Part shown: positions 49,431 through 61,800 of the stretch, piece by piece
How positions within the stretch are numbered: position 1 is the first letter of the stretch
Layout: the number at the start of each line of letters is the position of its first letter
DNA from: Hemiscyllium ocellatum
Lineage: Eukaryota
Direction: 5' to 3'
Assembly (NCBI RefSeq): GCF_020745735.1
Contig: NC_083412.1
Location: 61,284,320 to 61,348,319 of the forward strand
DNA length: 64,000 nucleotides
The notes under the pieces: generated by a model
The model's database searches: none
The model's input: only the letters and a program-made list of their open reading frames with translations
What the model was told of the DNA's origin: nothing
Translations under genes and position numbers: made by a program

Positions 49431-50379
49431 TAAATCCCTGACAAGTTTGGTCAAGTCTATTCAAAAATAAAATTGATTAGTGTGAACCTCTATGATAGTC
49501 ATTTGTTGTAATAAAACTGTTTCTGGACTTTTGAAGTGACAAAGATTTGAAGTATTCCAGCATCAGCTTCTCATTATAAAGCAGGTGAATCACCAGAGGA
49601 ATTATTTTCTGCTGCTATAATTATTTTTTTCCTCTCTTTCAATTCACCTCTTCTGAAATAGTGGCTTCTTTTATGAGAGGTGCTATAGATATTAATAAGC
49701 CCCTGCTTCTTTGCCCATGTGGCTATTCCTCACACATGTTCCCCAGCAATAAGTGTCAACCGACAGTCAACTATGATGGCATGGAAGCAACCATGCACTT
49801 CCAGCAACAGTCACTAACTCAGATCTGAAGAACAGTTTGATTTTCACCAAATGAAGATATTTCATGAATTGCAGGAAAACCGGACGTGTATCTGATATTA
49901 CAGGGAATATCACAACTTTCAAGTCAGAACTTCAGTTGTTCAAGTGTGACAGTATGGAACTGTTATATGATGTGATGCAGGACTGGCAACAGCCTGACAA
50001 CCTGTCTCAGAAAGATCCAGGGGATCTGAGCATCATATGACAATCCATTCTTTCAAATGAACTCTAAGACCAACATTCTCTTTGAAACAATGCCAAAGAT
50101 TTCTTAATAATAAAGCACTTTATTAATGTTCAGTTGAATAGAGGCTTGGAAAATGGTGAGGAAAATTTCCTACGTGGGCTCTATTGGGCACAATATCAGC
50201 CTGATTTAGGCAGTTGAGAGACGAGAACTTTTTGGTGTCTTTAACATGTTACTGTAACATTGTAGGCATTAAAAGAGACCTTCCTGTACCTACCCCCTTA
50301 GCCATGATAGAAAATTATTGGGTTCTAGCATGCAGCCAGTCAATAGGTATGAGCTGTTGAGGCTGGACAGGGGATGTAA

Positions 50380-50677
50380 AGAATCCCTACAGTGTGGAAA
50401 CAGGCCCTTCACTCCACAAGTCCACACCGACCTTCTGAAAAGTAACTCACCCATACCCATTCCCCCATCACTCTACATTTACCCCTGACTAATGCACCTA
50501 CACATCCCTGAACACTATGGGGTAATTTAACATGACCAGTTCACCTAACCTGCGCATCTTTGGATTGTGGGATGAAACCAGAGCACTGGGAGGAAGCCCA
50601 CACAAACACGGGGAGAATGTGCAAACTCCACATTAACAGTCGCCTGAGGCTGGAATCGAACCCCGGTGCCTAGTGCT
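50380..50677 (-). mobile_element. HE1/V-SINE-type SINE, 5' clipped
   Basis: B box GGTTCGATTCC, core and CR1-like tail on the minus strand. Confidence 0.9.
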
Positions 50678-51183
50678 CAATCAACCTGTTCAGAGAATTT
50701 TTGCTTCTCCTAGCCACATGATAATTGCTTTAAGGTCTGTCCCTTAGGCACTTATGGGAAAAATGTAACTGGCAATTAGGTTTGGTTCCTATTTATTCAT
50801 GAAAACTACAACTGAAATTGTACCCTATTTATTAAATCAGCTTCTTGTCCTTCTTCAGTGGAAGCTCTGGCCAAACTGAAATTGGATTCAGGCTGACTTT
50901 AGTGCTCATGGTCCCCATCAGCTAGTCCTCTGCCAATTATCCATTTTCAGTTGAGAGACAGGAGGCTGACAGTTGCATATATGCAAGACATACGCACAAC
51001 AGTAATAAATTAGAACTTTGATAACTTATAATTGCAATATCAAAAAAATGATCTGAGACAGAATTTAATGTAATTGCGTTAAATTAGTAAATAATAAATT
51101 AAATTGCAGCAATTAATTGTAAGAGGATTTAATTTAATGAAAACTATTCTAAAGGGCTTTTGTGTTACATTAGGAATGTTTAG

Positions 51184-51470
51184 ACTCACCGTCATTGAAA
51201 GTCAAAGTAATGAATAAATATCTGCCCAAGTGCCAGCCATATGTTCCTCAGACTCCAGATATGTACCTCGTCTTCCAAAGGGTCTGTTTAACATATAAAA
51301 ATCCATAATTGTAGGAATGTTCCAACTCTGCAAAAGCATGGAAAGCAACAGGAAATGAAAAAGCAGTAGATACTGTGCAGACCCCATCCCCTGGAGCGGC
51401 CGCTGCCACCAAAGCGCTGTATGCTGCTGGCTGATTTACACCCCCTCATATAGATTTTATAGCACACCCT
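51184..51470 (-). promoter_or_regulatory. Candidate TATA promoter and non-coding exon (or conserved enhancer)
   Basis: GGGTGTGC-TATAAAA (51461-51455), local CpG cluster (GCGGCCGC 51396-51403), strong donor G|GTGAGT at 51190/51189, pyrimidine tract + TTGCAG acceptor at 51328. Confidence 0.35.
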
Positions 51471-52264
51471 CCATTCTCTGGAGAAAGGATTTACTTATTA
51501 TAGGCTTTTCAGACCCTCTGCTCTCCCATCTGCCTGCTGTAATTTGTACTTTTTTTTGTCTTTAGTAGAATCATAAAACACTCCAGTTTATTGGAAAGAT
51601 TGTTTAGTAATAAAATTCAAACTACGTTTTAATGTGAATTTCTGCTTACACCACCCCCTCCTCTTACTGCCCTGTGCATGTGCACTTAATTATCAACCAG
51701 TAATTAAATGTTAAAGTTGTGTTTTGGTGAAGTACGATGTAGTTATGAGGATATCAGTGTGCATTTTAATGAAGTTGAATCTGATGAATACCTGCAAGTC
51801 CAACTGGTGGATTGTGTGAGTAATTTTCTTTCCTCGTTGAATCTCGCTCTCCCAAAGGATTTCCTCCAAGACCTGTGGTGTTACATTTCTCCAGACACTC
51901 CAAATGTCTTGCAAGAGTTACCCAATCTTGTTTTTATTAAAGTTGTTTCCCTTCCATTATTTTCCAGAGTACTAATTCCTGCTAAATCACATTTTTATAC
52001 TTTTAGAGGCACGAAGAAGTGAAGAATTCAGAGGTAAATGCATAAAGTAATCTTGTTCTTCTGCAAGTATTTCTACACTGAGATTTAAAGCATGAAAACT
52101 TGGAATAATGTGATTATAGTAAAGATGCCTTAGCAAAGCCCAAATTTGAAGAAGCTCACTCAACACAAGTGCCAGGTTTCCATGCATATATGTAATATCA
52201 TATGAGTGGTAATTTAACATTATGATGCTTCAGCTGAAATATTTCCAAGAAGTGAGCACTTAAC

Positions 52265-52760
52265 AATAATTTTAATTTACACAATACCTACACTGTTGGA
52301 AAATGTCATAAAGTGTTTCACAGGAATGTATTGAGGCAAGAGATACAAGGACAGGTGATTCAAAGCATGTTCAATGGGTTAACTATTATGGTGGGACTTG
52401 AAGAAAATTAGAGAGTTGAAGAGTCAGAGGTGTAAGGAAAGAATTCCAAAGCTTAAAGTCCACACAGCTGAAGGTGCATCTGCCAGATGTAGAAAAAAGG
52501 GAGAGAGAGGGGCACACAAGTCCTTTGCTACAGGTATTTCGGGGACTTTGGAGGGTACCGTCTGGAGATGGTTGCAAAGGGAGGGAGCAGTGAGGTCATG
52601 GAGATCATACACAAGAATGAGAATTAGAAAATTGAGAGCCTGCAAGGCTGAGAACCTGTGAGGGCCAACAAGCAAAGTAATGGTGAGTCGGCTCAAATTT
52701 ATGGAGGGTGGAAAATGAATGCATGATCAGAGGAGTGCTGGAATAATCAGGTCTTACTCT
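52265..52760 (-). mobile_element. L2-type LINE 3' fragment
   Basis: LNFLILILVY...APSLCNHLQ, TSGRCTFSCVDFKLWNSFL resemble the L2 C-terminus. Confidence 0.7.
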
Positions 52761-52894
52761 AAAGCCAAGTAAATATGTCTTCACTTGGGTAAGGAGCCAA
52801 TCCCATAAGTGTGGCTTACATTTTATGTGCATGACATTTTGAAGTGCACCATTTTCCCATGTACTACTAATACATATCAGACATGGTGCTTTAA

Positions 52895-52955
52895 ATTAGA
52901 TTAGATTAGATTCCCTACAGTGTGGAAACAGGCCCTTAGGCCCAACCAGCCCACA
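52895..52955 (-). mobile_element. HE1 SINE/CR1 3'-tail stub
   Basis: (ATTAG)n + CCCTACAGTGTGGAAACAGGCCC. Confidence 0.8.
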
Positions 52956-53129
52956 TCTCTAATTACATTTTTTAAAAAAAACTTGAATGTAGATTATTTG
53001 AGTAATTATAGCCTAAAAAGAATCAGTGTAATTTAAGCAAATAATTCTAACATTAATTTTGCACAGCCAAACACCCTGGTTCTTCAGACATCAAAATATA
53101 TTACTTAAATTTGTTCAGGAGTTATGCAA

Positions 53130-53645
53130 TTGGGAGTGTCCTCTCCTGCAACACTATGCTGAATAATGAAATTGTCATTGCCAAAGTTAAAGCAAACTTG
53201 GCATTTGGCAGGCTCACCTGCAAGATATAGAGAGAACATAGAACCTGTCTCAAAAAATTATTGTTGTCAACCAAGAAATAGTTTCCACATCACTTCCTCC
53301 ATCACAGTGAGGCATGGACAGTCTACCAGTACCAATGCTACTTAATACAATTCAATGTATTCCACATTTGCTCCTTAAGATCTACCTGCATCACCAAATA
53401 GCAAGACAAATACTTACCATTGAAATTCTTGCATGGTGCTGTCTGCCTGATGTAATGATCAGGATCACAGTTTCACTGGATCAGTTGTGTGACTTGCACA
53501 TAAGATTCCTATGTACCTAAGACAACATTTTATATTTAACTGAGCATGAACCTTCACTATAGGATATCGCAAACCGAGAAAAAGTAATTTTGAAAGCCAA
53601 TCTCAGAGCCTGCGAACTCAACCTCATGGGGAGCACAATACTAGA
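53130..53645 (+). mobile_element. RTE-clade LINE relic
   Basis: LGSVLSCNTMLNNEIVIAKVKANLAFGRL and FLHHSEAWT (cf. LGS....EI..RI.KAS.AFGRL, LLYG.ETWT). Confidence 0.7.
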
Positions 53646-53681
53646 TTAATTTGCACAAGTCTCTATTATCAAGCAATCCTA

Positions 53682-54630
53682 ATAGAACATAAAATATAGA
53701 ACATTACAGCACAGTACAGGCCCTTCGACCCTCAACGTTGTGCCAACCTGTGAAAATAATCTGATGCCCCTCTAACCTACACCATTCCATTATTATCAAA
53801 TGGATGTCCAATGCCCATTTAAATGCCCTTAACATCGGTGATTCTACTACTGTTGCAGGTAGGTTGTTCAACATCCCTATTACTCACTGAGTGAAGAAAC
53901 TATTTCTGACATCTGTCCTAAATCTATCACCCTTCAACTTAAAGCTATATTCCCCTGTGTTAGCCTTCACCATACGATGAAACAGGCTCTCACTGTCCAC
54001 TCTATCTAACCCTCTGATTATCTTATATGTCACAATTTAGTCACATCTCAACCTTCTTCACTCCAGTGAAAACAGCTTCAGTTCCCTCAGCCTTTCCTCG
54101 TAAGAATTTCCTTTCATAGCAGGCAACATCCGAGTAAATCTCCTCTGAACCCTTTCCAAAGGTTCCATTGGTGACCAGAACTGCACATGATATTCCAGGT
54201 GGGGCCTTACCAGTGTCTTATACAGCTGAAGCATGACCTCGTGGCTCTGAAACTTAATCCCTCTACCAATAAACGCCAACACACCAGATGCCTTCTTAAC
54301 AACCCTGTAAACCTGGCTGGCAACTTTCAGGAATTTATGCACCTGGACACCGAGATCCCTCTGTTCATCTACACTGCCAAGAATTTTACCACGAGCCCAG
54401 TACTCTGCATTCCTGTTACTTCTTCCAAAGTGAATTACCTCACACTTTTCTGCAGTAAACTCCATTTGTCACTTCTCAGCCCTGCTCTGCATTTTATCGA
54501 TGTCCCTCTATAACCCACAACATCCTTCAGCACTATCCAAACTTTGCCTACTTTAGTGCCATCTGCAAATTTACTAACCCATCCTTCTACGCCCACATCC
54601 ATATAATTTATACAACATCCAGATCATTTA
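53682..54630 (-). mobile_element. CR1 LINE 3' part, related to 4903-6191
   Basis: KCEVIHFGRSN, VDEQRDLGVQVH, HLEYHVQFWSP; same (TTCTATG)-type tail. Confidence 0.93.
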
Positions 54631-54890
54631 AAAAATGTAAGTTATATATATATATAATATTTGAGAAGAAAGTCAGACACTTACAGAGCAAACAAAACCA
54701 AAGCAATAATTTCAACCAGTCATCAAACAGTCGCTTCATGTCATATTTCTAATTAGATCCACACAACAAGATTTGATTTAAAATCGAAGCTGAGGTAGCA
54801 CTATCCAGACATTAAACAGTTGGTCTCCTTGTTAAACATTCATCTGCCCAAGCAATGAAGAATCCCTGTCAAACAATTAATGCATTTACA

Positions 54891-56287
54891 AATTATAGGC
54901 CAATTAACCTAACCTCGGTTGTTGGTAAAATTCTAGAATCCATCATTAAGGATGAGGTTTCTAAATTCTTGGAAGAGCAGAGTCTGATTAGAACAAGTCA
55001 ACATGGATTTAGTAAGGGGAGGTCATGTCTGACAAACCTGTTGGAATTCTTTAAAGAGGTGACAAGTAGGTTAGACCAGGGAAACCCAGTGGATGTGGTC
55101 TATCTAGACTTCCAAAAGGCCTTTGATAAGGTGCCACATGGGCGACTGCTGAGCAAGGTGAGGGCCCATGGTGTTCGAGGTGAGCTACTGGTATGGATTG
55201 AGGATTGGCTGTCTGACAGAAGGCAGAGAGTTGGGATAAAAGGTTATTTTTCAGAATGGCAGCTGGTGACAAGCGGTGTCCTGCAGGGTTCAGTGTTGGG
55301 GCCGCAGCTGTTCATATTATATATTAATGATCTGGATGAAGGGACTGGGGGCATTCTAGCGAAGTTTGCCGATGATACGAAGTTAGGTGGGCAGGCAGGT
55401 TGTACTGAGGAAGTGGGGAGGCTGCAGAAGGATCTAGACAGTTTGGGAGAGTGGTCCAGGAAATGGCTGATGGAATTCAATGTGAGCAAATGCGAGGTCT
55501 TGCACTTTGAAAAAAAGAATAAAAGCATAGACTACTTTCTAAACGGTGAGAAAATTCGTAAAGCCAAAGTACAAAGGGATCTGGAAGTGCTAGTCGAGGA
55601 TTCTCTAAAGGTAAACATGCAGGTTGAGTCCGTGATTAAGAAAGCGAATGCAATATTGTCATTTTTCTCAAGAGGGTTGGAATATAAAAGCACCGTTGTG
55701 CTACTGAGACTTTATAAAACTCTGTTAGGTTGCATTTGGAGTACTGTGTCCAGTTTTGGTCCCCACACCTCAGGAAGGACATACTGGCACTGGAAGTGTC
55801 CAGCGGAGATTCACACGGATGATCCCTGGAATGGTTAGTCTAACATACGAGGAACGGCTGATGATCCTGGGATTGTATTCATTGGAGTTTAGAAGATTAA
55901 GGGGAGATTTAATAGAAACTTCCAAGATAATACATGGCTTGGAAAGGGTGGACGCTAGGAAATTGTTTCCGTTAGGCGAGAAGACTAGGACCCGTAGACA
56001 CAGCCTTAGAATTAGAGGGGGTCAATTCAGAACAGAAATGCGGAGACATTTCTTCAGCCAGAGAGTGGTGGGCCTGTGGAATTCATTGCCGCAGAGTGCA
56101 GTGGAGGCCGGGATGCTAAATGTCTTCAAGGCAGAGATTGATAAATTCTTGATGTCACAAGGAATTAAGGGCTATGGGGAGAATGCTGGTAAGTGGAGTT
56201 GAAATGCCCGTCAGCCATGATTGAATGGCAGAGTGGACTTGATGGGCCAAATGGCCTTACTTCCACTCCTATGTCTTATGGTCTTAT
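54891..56287 (+). mobile_element. Young 5'-truncated CR1 LINE (RT)
   Basis: NYRPINLTSVVGK, QHGF, FADD, 327-aa + 148-aa frames; tail CCTATGTCTTATGGTCTTAT. Confidence 0.97.
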
Positions 56288-56598
56288 ATTTCATGCGACT
56301 TAAACTGACACAACAGATATCTAAACATGTAAAGTACGACTGATTGTTACAGCATAATATGTGTGGCTTTTCTTTGCATTGCTTGGCGTCCACATTTTAC
56401 TTTTATATTTTTCTCTGTGTTTTCTATTCATGTTTCCATTTATCATCTTACCTCTTTTAATGGCTTTGGCGGAAGGCATCTTTTCCCGGCCCAGGCTCAG
56501 TGATGAGGAGGGTTCTAGCCCAGCATGATGGTCTCAGCCCAGCGATGACCTGATGTGATGGCCTCATTCCGGAGGGGCAGTTTGTTTGGTGGTTTAGT

Positions 56599-56776
56599 CC
56601 TGGTGTGGAGGTCTCTCCCTTGTGTGGGGGTCTCATTCTGGTGTGGAGGTCTCGTCCTGGTGGTGGACATTTTGACCTGGTGTGGAGGTCTTGTCTTGGT
56701 GTGAAGGTCTCATCCTGGCAGGGAGGTCTTGTCCTGGTGAGGAGGTCTCATCTTGGTGTGAAGGTCTCGTCCTGGG
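56599..56776. repeat. 19-bp minisatellite, ~9-10 units of CCTGGTGTGGAGGTCTCRT
   Basis: Directly visible head-to-tail units with substitutions and no unique spacers. Confidence 0.85.
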
Positions 56777-56908
56777 TATTCCAGCAGCAATGGTGGTGGT
56801 TTCAGCCTGTCGCAGCAGTTGCCTTGTCCCAGAGGGACAGTCCTGGTTTGGTGGTCTCACCTTGCCTTAATTTTTATTTTTTTTCTTCTTATCTATGGCT
56901 TATGTCAT

Positions 56909-57216
56909 GGCATGGTGGCTCAGTGTTAGCACTGCTGCCTCACAGCACCAGGATCCCAGGTTCAATTCCAGCCTTGGTGACTGTCTGTCTGAGTGGAGTT
57001 TGTACAATCTCCCCATGTCTGTGTGGGTTTCCTCTGGGTGTTCCTGTTTCCTCCCACAGGCCAAAGATGTGCAGGTCAGGTGAATTGGCCATGCTAAATT
57101 GCCCATAGTGTTTGGTGCATCAGTCAGAGGAAAAGGGTTTGGGTGGGTTACTCTTCGGAGGGTTGGTGTGAACTGGTTTGGTCAAAGGACCTGTTTCCAC
57201 ACTGTAGGGAATCTAA
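56909..57216 (+). mobile_element. HE1/V-SINE-type SINE
   Basis: A box, GGTTCAATTCC, TGGCCATGCTAAATTGCCC core, CR1-like tail. Confidence 0.93.
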
Positions 57217-57734
57217 TTAATACAGGTGACAATTTATAAAATTTTTCGCTTTATTTTCTAAGAAAACATGTGACAATAATTTGCTATTCTATCCTATTCT
57301 ATTCTATAGTTTCTTGATAACCAAAATATGAATGCCATAATCAAGGTGTAGTCTTACAAGAAAACTAAAGCTTGACCATTACCTTCTCTGTTTTGACTAT
57401 ATAATTCAGCATTTTGTTCACTCCATTGGTTGTTGTTCCCTATTGTTTGAAAGTGTTTAGTGTTGCATTCATTAAGGTTCTTCCATCTCTTCTTAGCTAT
57501 TTCAATGTCATTCATAGACTGTGTAGGTATCTATAAATTATGCCATTTGTTATTCATCCCAACCCACTAGCTCTAATTTGTAACATCCATTTCCGAGGCA
57601 CTTGAAAGAATGGATGCTGAGCAGGTCACATAGCAGGAGAAATATTTCATGTTAATGCAACAGCACTCATTTCTAGAGATAGAGGTGAGTTATCACTCTG
57701 ACCTGTGTGAATGCATGACTAATCATAATTTTGA

Positions 57735-57816
57735 AGTTAAAAATCACACAAGATCAGTTATAGTCCAACAGGTATATTTGGAAGTACTAGCTTTCAGAGT
57801 GCCGCTCCTTCATCAG
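57735..57816 (-). mobile_element. Penelope-type pseudo-LTR fragment beginning at a hammerhead core
   Basis: Minus strand: CTGATGAA-GGAG-cggca-CTCT-GAAAG-CTA-GT...CCTGTTGGACTATAAC. Confidence 0.75.
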
Positions 57817-57900
57817 CTAGCTGTGGAGGTTTCTAGAGTCACTCGAAGTAACAGAAGAGAAGTAATACTATGGTTGAATTAAAATTTCCACTTAACCTCG

Positions 57901-58195
57901 GGTGGGCGGCACAGTGGCTAGCACTGCTGCCTCACAGCGCCAGAGACCCGGGTTCAATTCCCACCTCAGGTAACTGACTGTGTGGAGTTTGCACGTTCTC
58001 CCTGTGTCTGCGTGGGTTTCCTCCGGGTGCTCTGGTTTCCTCCCACAGTCCAAAGATGTGCGGGTCAGGTGAATTGGCCATGCTAAATTGCCCATAGTGT
58101 TAGGTTAGGGGTAATGTAGGGGTATGGGTGGGTTGCGCTTCGGTGTGGACTGGTTGGGCCAAAGGGCCTGTTTCCACACTGTAAGTAATCTAATC
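57901..58195 (+). mobile_element. Young HE1/V-SINE-type SINE, same subfamily as 35252-35566
   Basis: Shares the GGTGGGCGGCAC start, G-rich spacer and GTAAGTAATCTAATC end. Confidence 0.95.
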
Positions 58196-58806
58196 AGCAA
58201 ATCAGAATGGAAAGTAATTAGTTGGTAATTATTTTAACAGAATAAAATATTAGCAGGTAAAAACATTCATTTTCTGATATGTTACTTGTAAAGAGAAATC
58301 GCTAATTATTTAAAAGTACTTGCGATTTCAGATCAGTGAGACTAATACCCAATGTAATAATATTATGTCTTGAGTTGCATCTAAATGAAATCTCAGATTC
58401 GAAAGATGCACAATATTCAATTGTGCAGAAACAAAGAGAAGTCATTGAACAAAATTCAATTCATTTAAGAACTCCCGGATGTACAAGATTTCTACACCCT
58501 CGAATATAAACATTTATTTGTGTTTTAATTGAAGTGCTTAATATAATCAAATGTTTTGATAGATTAAATAGTTTCTGCCCAGTCACCCTAAGGGAGTGCT
58601 GAATAAGGGACACAACCTTAAAACTAGAGATGTGTCTTTCAGAATAATGTTAGAAAGCATTTCTTCACATTGTGGAAATCTGGAACTTTCTGTCTCAAAA
58701 AGCTGCTAAATGTATGTGGGATACATGGATTATTGTTCAGCCAGAGTAGGTTATAGAACTAAAGGGGGCCAATGCTGTTGAAGTATAGTTAGCACTTAAT
58801 ATGCTC

Positions 58807-61800
58807 TATTGATGGATGTTAAATATCTAGCAGTTGAAAGCAATAATGGTCAGGTAATGATTAGCTAATTATCCTTTAATGTGTATACGAAGAAGAGGCA
58901 GCTCGCACAAGGGGACTTTATTTAGAGTGGGAATGTAAACTCTGAGGCAAGCAATAATCAACCTTCACTGAAACAGTCTGGCCTTAGTTATCCTTAACAA
59001 ATAGGCTTTTGGATGTCCTCGAGCATTGGTAACAGAAGATAATGACTTAAAAGAGAAGGATAGAGATTTTCATATGGAAGGTTTCAATTTGAATTTTTTG
59101 AGAAGGCTTTCCTGCAGAGTACTTGTGGAAGGATGTTTGAAACCTGGTGTAAAATGCCATGATTTGATTTTCTACTGCTATTTTATAAGGTGGAACTTCA
59201 TAACTAATGGAAGAACTAAAGTTAATGCATGGACATGAGTTATAGAAAATTACGAATCAAAAGCAAGACCAGCAACAAAGTTTTCTCAAAACTGGAAGCT
59301 GAATGATGTACAGTGAAGAAGTTTTTGACTTCATCTTTAGGGGTAAGATTTATGTGGTTTAACTTTTTGAATGCTTATACCTATGCATTTTGATAAAATC
59401 AGAAAACAAGATACTTTTTCCAAAGAAAAGGACACATCATAGAGTTTAATTAATTATATATGAGATTGTAGAAATTCCTTTTGGAAATTCCTCTATCTGT
59501 ACAAATAGTTCCTCTATGATGCGATGACTGCTTTCTTGTGCAACCCCCCATTTAGAAACAGTGCTTAAAGTGTTGGCGATGTAATCACTTTACAACCAAC
59601 ATACAAGTTAAAAGTCTGTGCTTTAAAAACAGTGTCCCCAATTTGTCAATCATGTTGTACTGATTTTGTTTTAATGAAACATGTGATATTGCATAATGAC
59701 CTGTATTTTCTTTCACATTGTTGGATTATGCTAGAACATCAAACAAGAATACACTCTTGGCTTTACTAGAAGTAGATCCAGAGAGAGTCATGCTCCGAGA
59801 TCAGTTATCTAAAGCCTTTTAAAAAATTTGGCAATAAGCAATCATTTCCAGATGCTTTCTTGGCATATGTTGGCTGGTCAGCAATGGCACAAAAAAATGC
59901 AGCATAGAGCACCAACAGCATTTCAAGGCTATTCAACTATTGGGCATAAAAAGCAGTACAAAAGAAGAACCATTGATAAGAATAAGGATACAAACCTTTA
60001 TGCTACGGAGCAGGAATTAGGCAATTATGAAAGAAGGATGGCTCCCAGGAGTAAGCCAAGAGTAACTAGTAGATGCTTCAACTTTGACTCAAAGTATCAT
60101 GATGCACTGAGTTGTCCAAAAAGAAATAAGAGTTTTTGCTATGACACATGACACGTGAGAAGGTATAAAAGAGAATGCTGGCAATACTGACCAATCAGAT
60201 GGAATCATTTTGGCCACCCAGAAAGAGTGCCCCAGTCACAAATCCATTCCATTGCACAATTCTAAACTGTGGGTGTAAATCAACGGTGTATGGTGTAGAC
60301 TGATTAAAATATACTCTTCAAGCAAGGAAGATAGAAGCAAAATCAACAAATATTACTTAAAGTACTACTTGTTTCAGATTCAGGGTTGATAATATGAAAT
60401 CATAAAGAGGAGTATTAACTCCATGAAAAGGAGCAGGTGAATCACATCTTAAGTATCCAGTGATACACCTTTACTGTAAAGTAATGCTTCACAAACAAAG
60501 AGACCTTGGAATGCAGGTTCATAGCTCCTTGAAAGTAGAGTCGCAGATAGATAGGATAGTGAAGAATGCTTTTGGTATGCTTTCCTTTATTGGTCAGGAC
60601 ACTGAGTATAGGAGTTGGGAGGTCATGTAGCAGCTGCACAGGACGTTGGTTAGGCTACTTTTGGAATATTGCATGCAATTCTGGCCTCCTTCCTATCAGA
60701 AAGATGTTGTGAAACTTGAAAGGGTTCAGAAAAGATTTACAAGGATGTTGCCAGGGTTGGAGGGTTTGAGCTATAGGGAGAGGATGAAGAGACTGGGCTG
60801 TTTTCCCTGGAGCATTGGAGGCTGAGGGGTGACCTTATAGAGATTTATAAAATCATGAGGGGCATTGAAAGGGGAAATATACATGGTCTTTTCCCTGGAT
60901 TGGAGGAGTCCCAAACTAGAGGGCATAGGCTTAGGGTGTGAGACGAAAGATGTAAAGAGGACCTAATGGCCAATTTTTTCATGGAGAAGATGGTGTGTGT
61001 ATGGAATGAGCTGCCAGAGGAAGTGGTGGAGACTGGTACAATTGCAACATTTAAAAGGCATCTGGATGGTATATGAACAGGAAGGGCTTGGAGGGATATG
61101 GGCCAGGTAATGGCAATTGGGACTAGATAAGGTTAATTTATCTGGTCGGCATGGATGAGTTGGACTGAAGGATCTGTTTCTGTGCTGTACGTCTCTGTAA
61201 CTCTATGACACTGAAAAAAAATAGCAAATGAAGTTAGATATAGGACATAATAAAACAATTGTCATTGGGACATCTGTAAATTTGTAATTCTCAGTGTCTG
61301 GACATTATTGCAACTCCTGAATAAGGCCTATCCTCTCTGAGCATAATGTTAAAGACATGTTAATGGCAACTGGGAATAAAGGTTTACAGGAAAAGGAAAT
61401 TATTTAAATATTACAGCAACACTTTGCATATCAGTTGTCACTTCATGCACACATTTGTCAGATCTTTACAGATAACAGATTGTAGCAGATGATTAGCTAA
61501 CTAAGAGGGGACCAAGTGACAGCAAAGATCAGGATAAGGCCATTTATCACCAAGATTGACTGCTAAAAGTTGGGGGAAAGCCAGGAAGATCTAGTGAGTG
61601 GAGGGAAAACAACGTAGTGGAAAAGGCACAGGATACAGGATACTATGAAAAGCTAGATAAATGGCCAAGACAAGGGATAGAATATTAACTCTAGTTTGGC
61701 TGGAGGAAGTAAAAATCTGGAAAGTCAGGAAAGGTAGCGTAAATGCCAAAGAAAAGATCAAAAGCCTGTGAAAAAATGTTTGGTTGCAGAATGGGCAGCT

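Noticed and set aside
51202-51387. 61-aa secreted peptide ORF, or a selenocysteine-containing exon (TGA at 51250-51248)
   Set aside because: The hydrophobic run is simply the pyrimidine tract translated; no recognisable family, redox motif or SECIS evidence.
56599-56776. CRISPR-like array
   Set aside because: Head-to-tail 19-bp units without unique spacers in vertebrate DNA; it is a minisatellite.
58830-58960. Homeobox-motif-rich conserved enhancer
   Set aside because: It aligns to 63230-63317 and precedes a PBS, so it is better explained as the Copia LTR.
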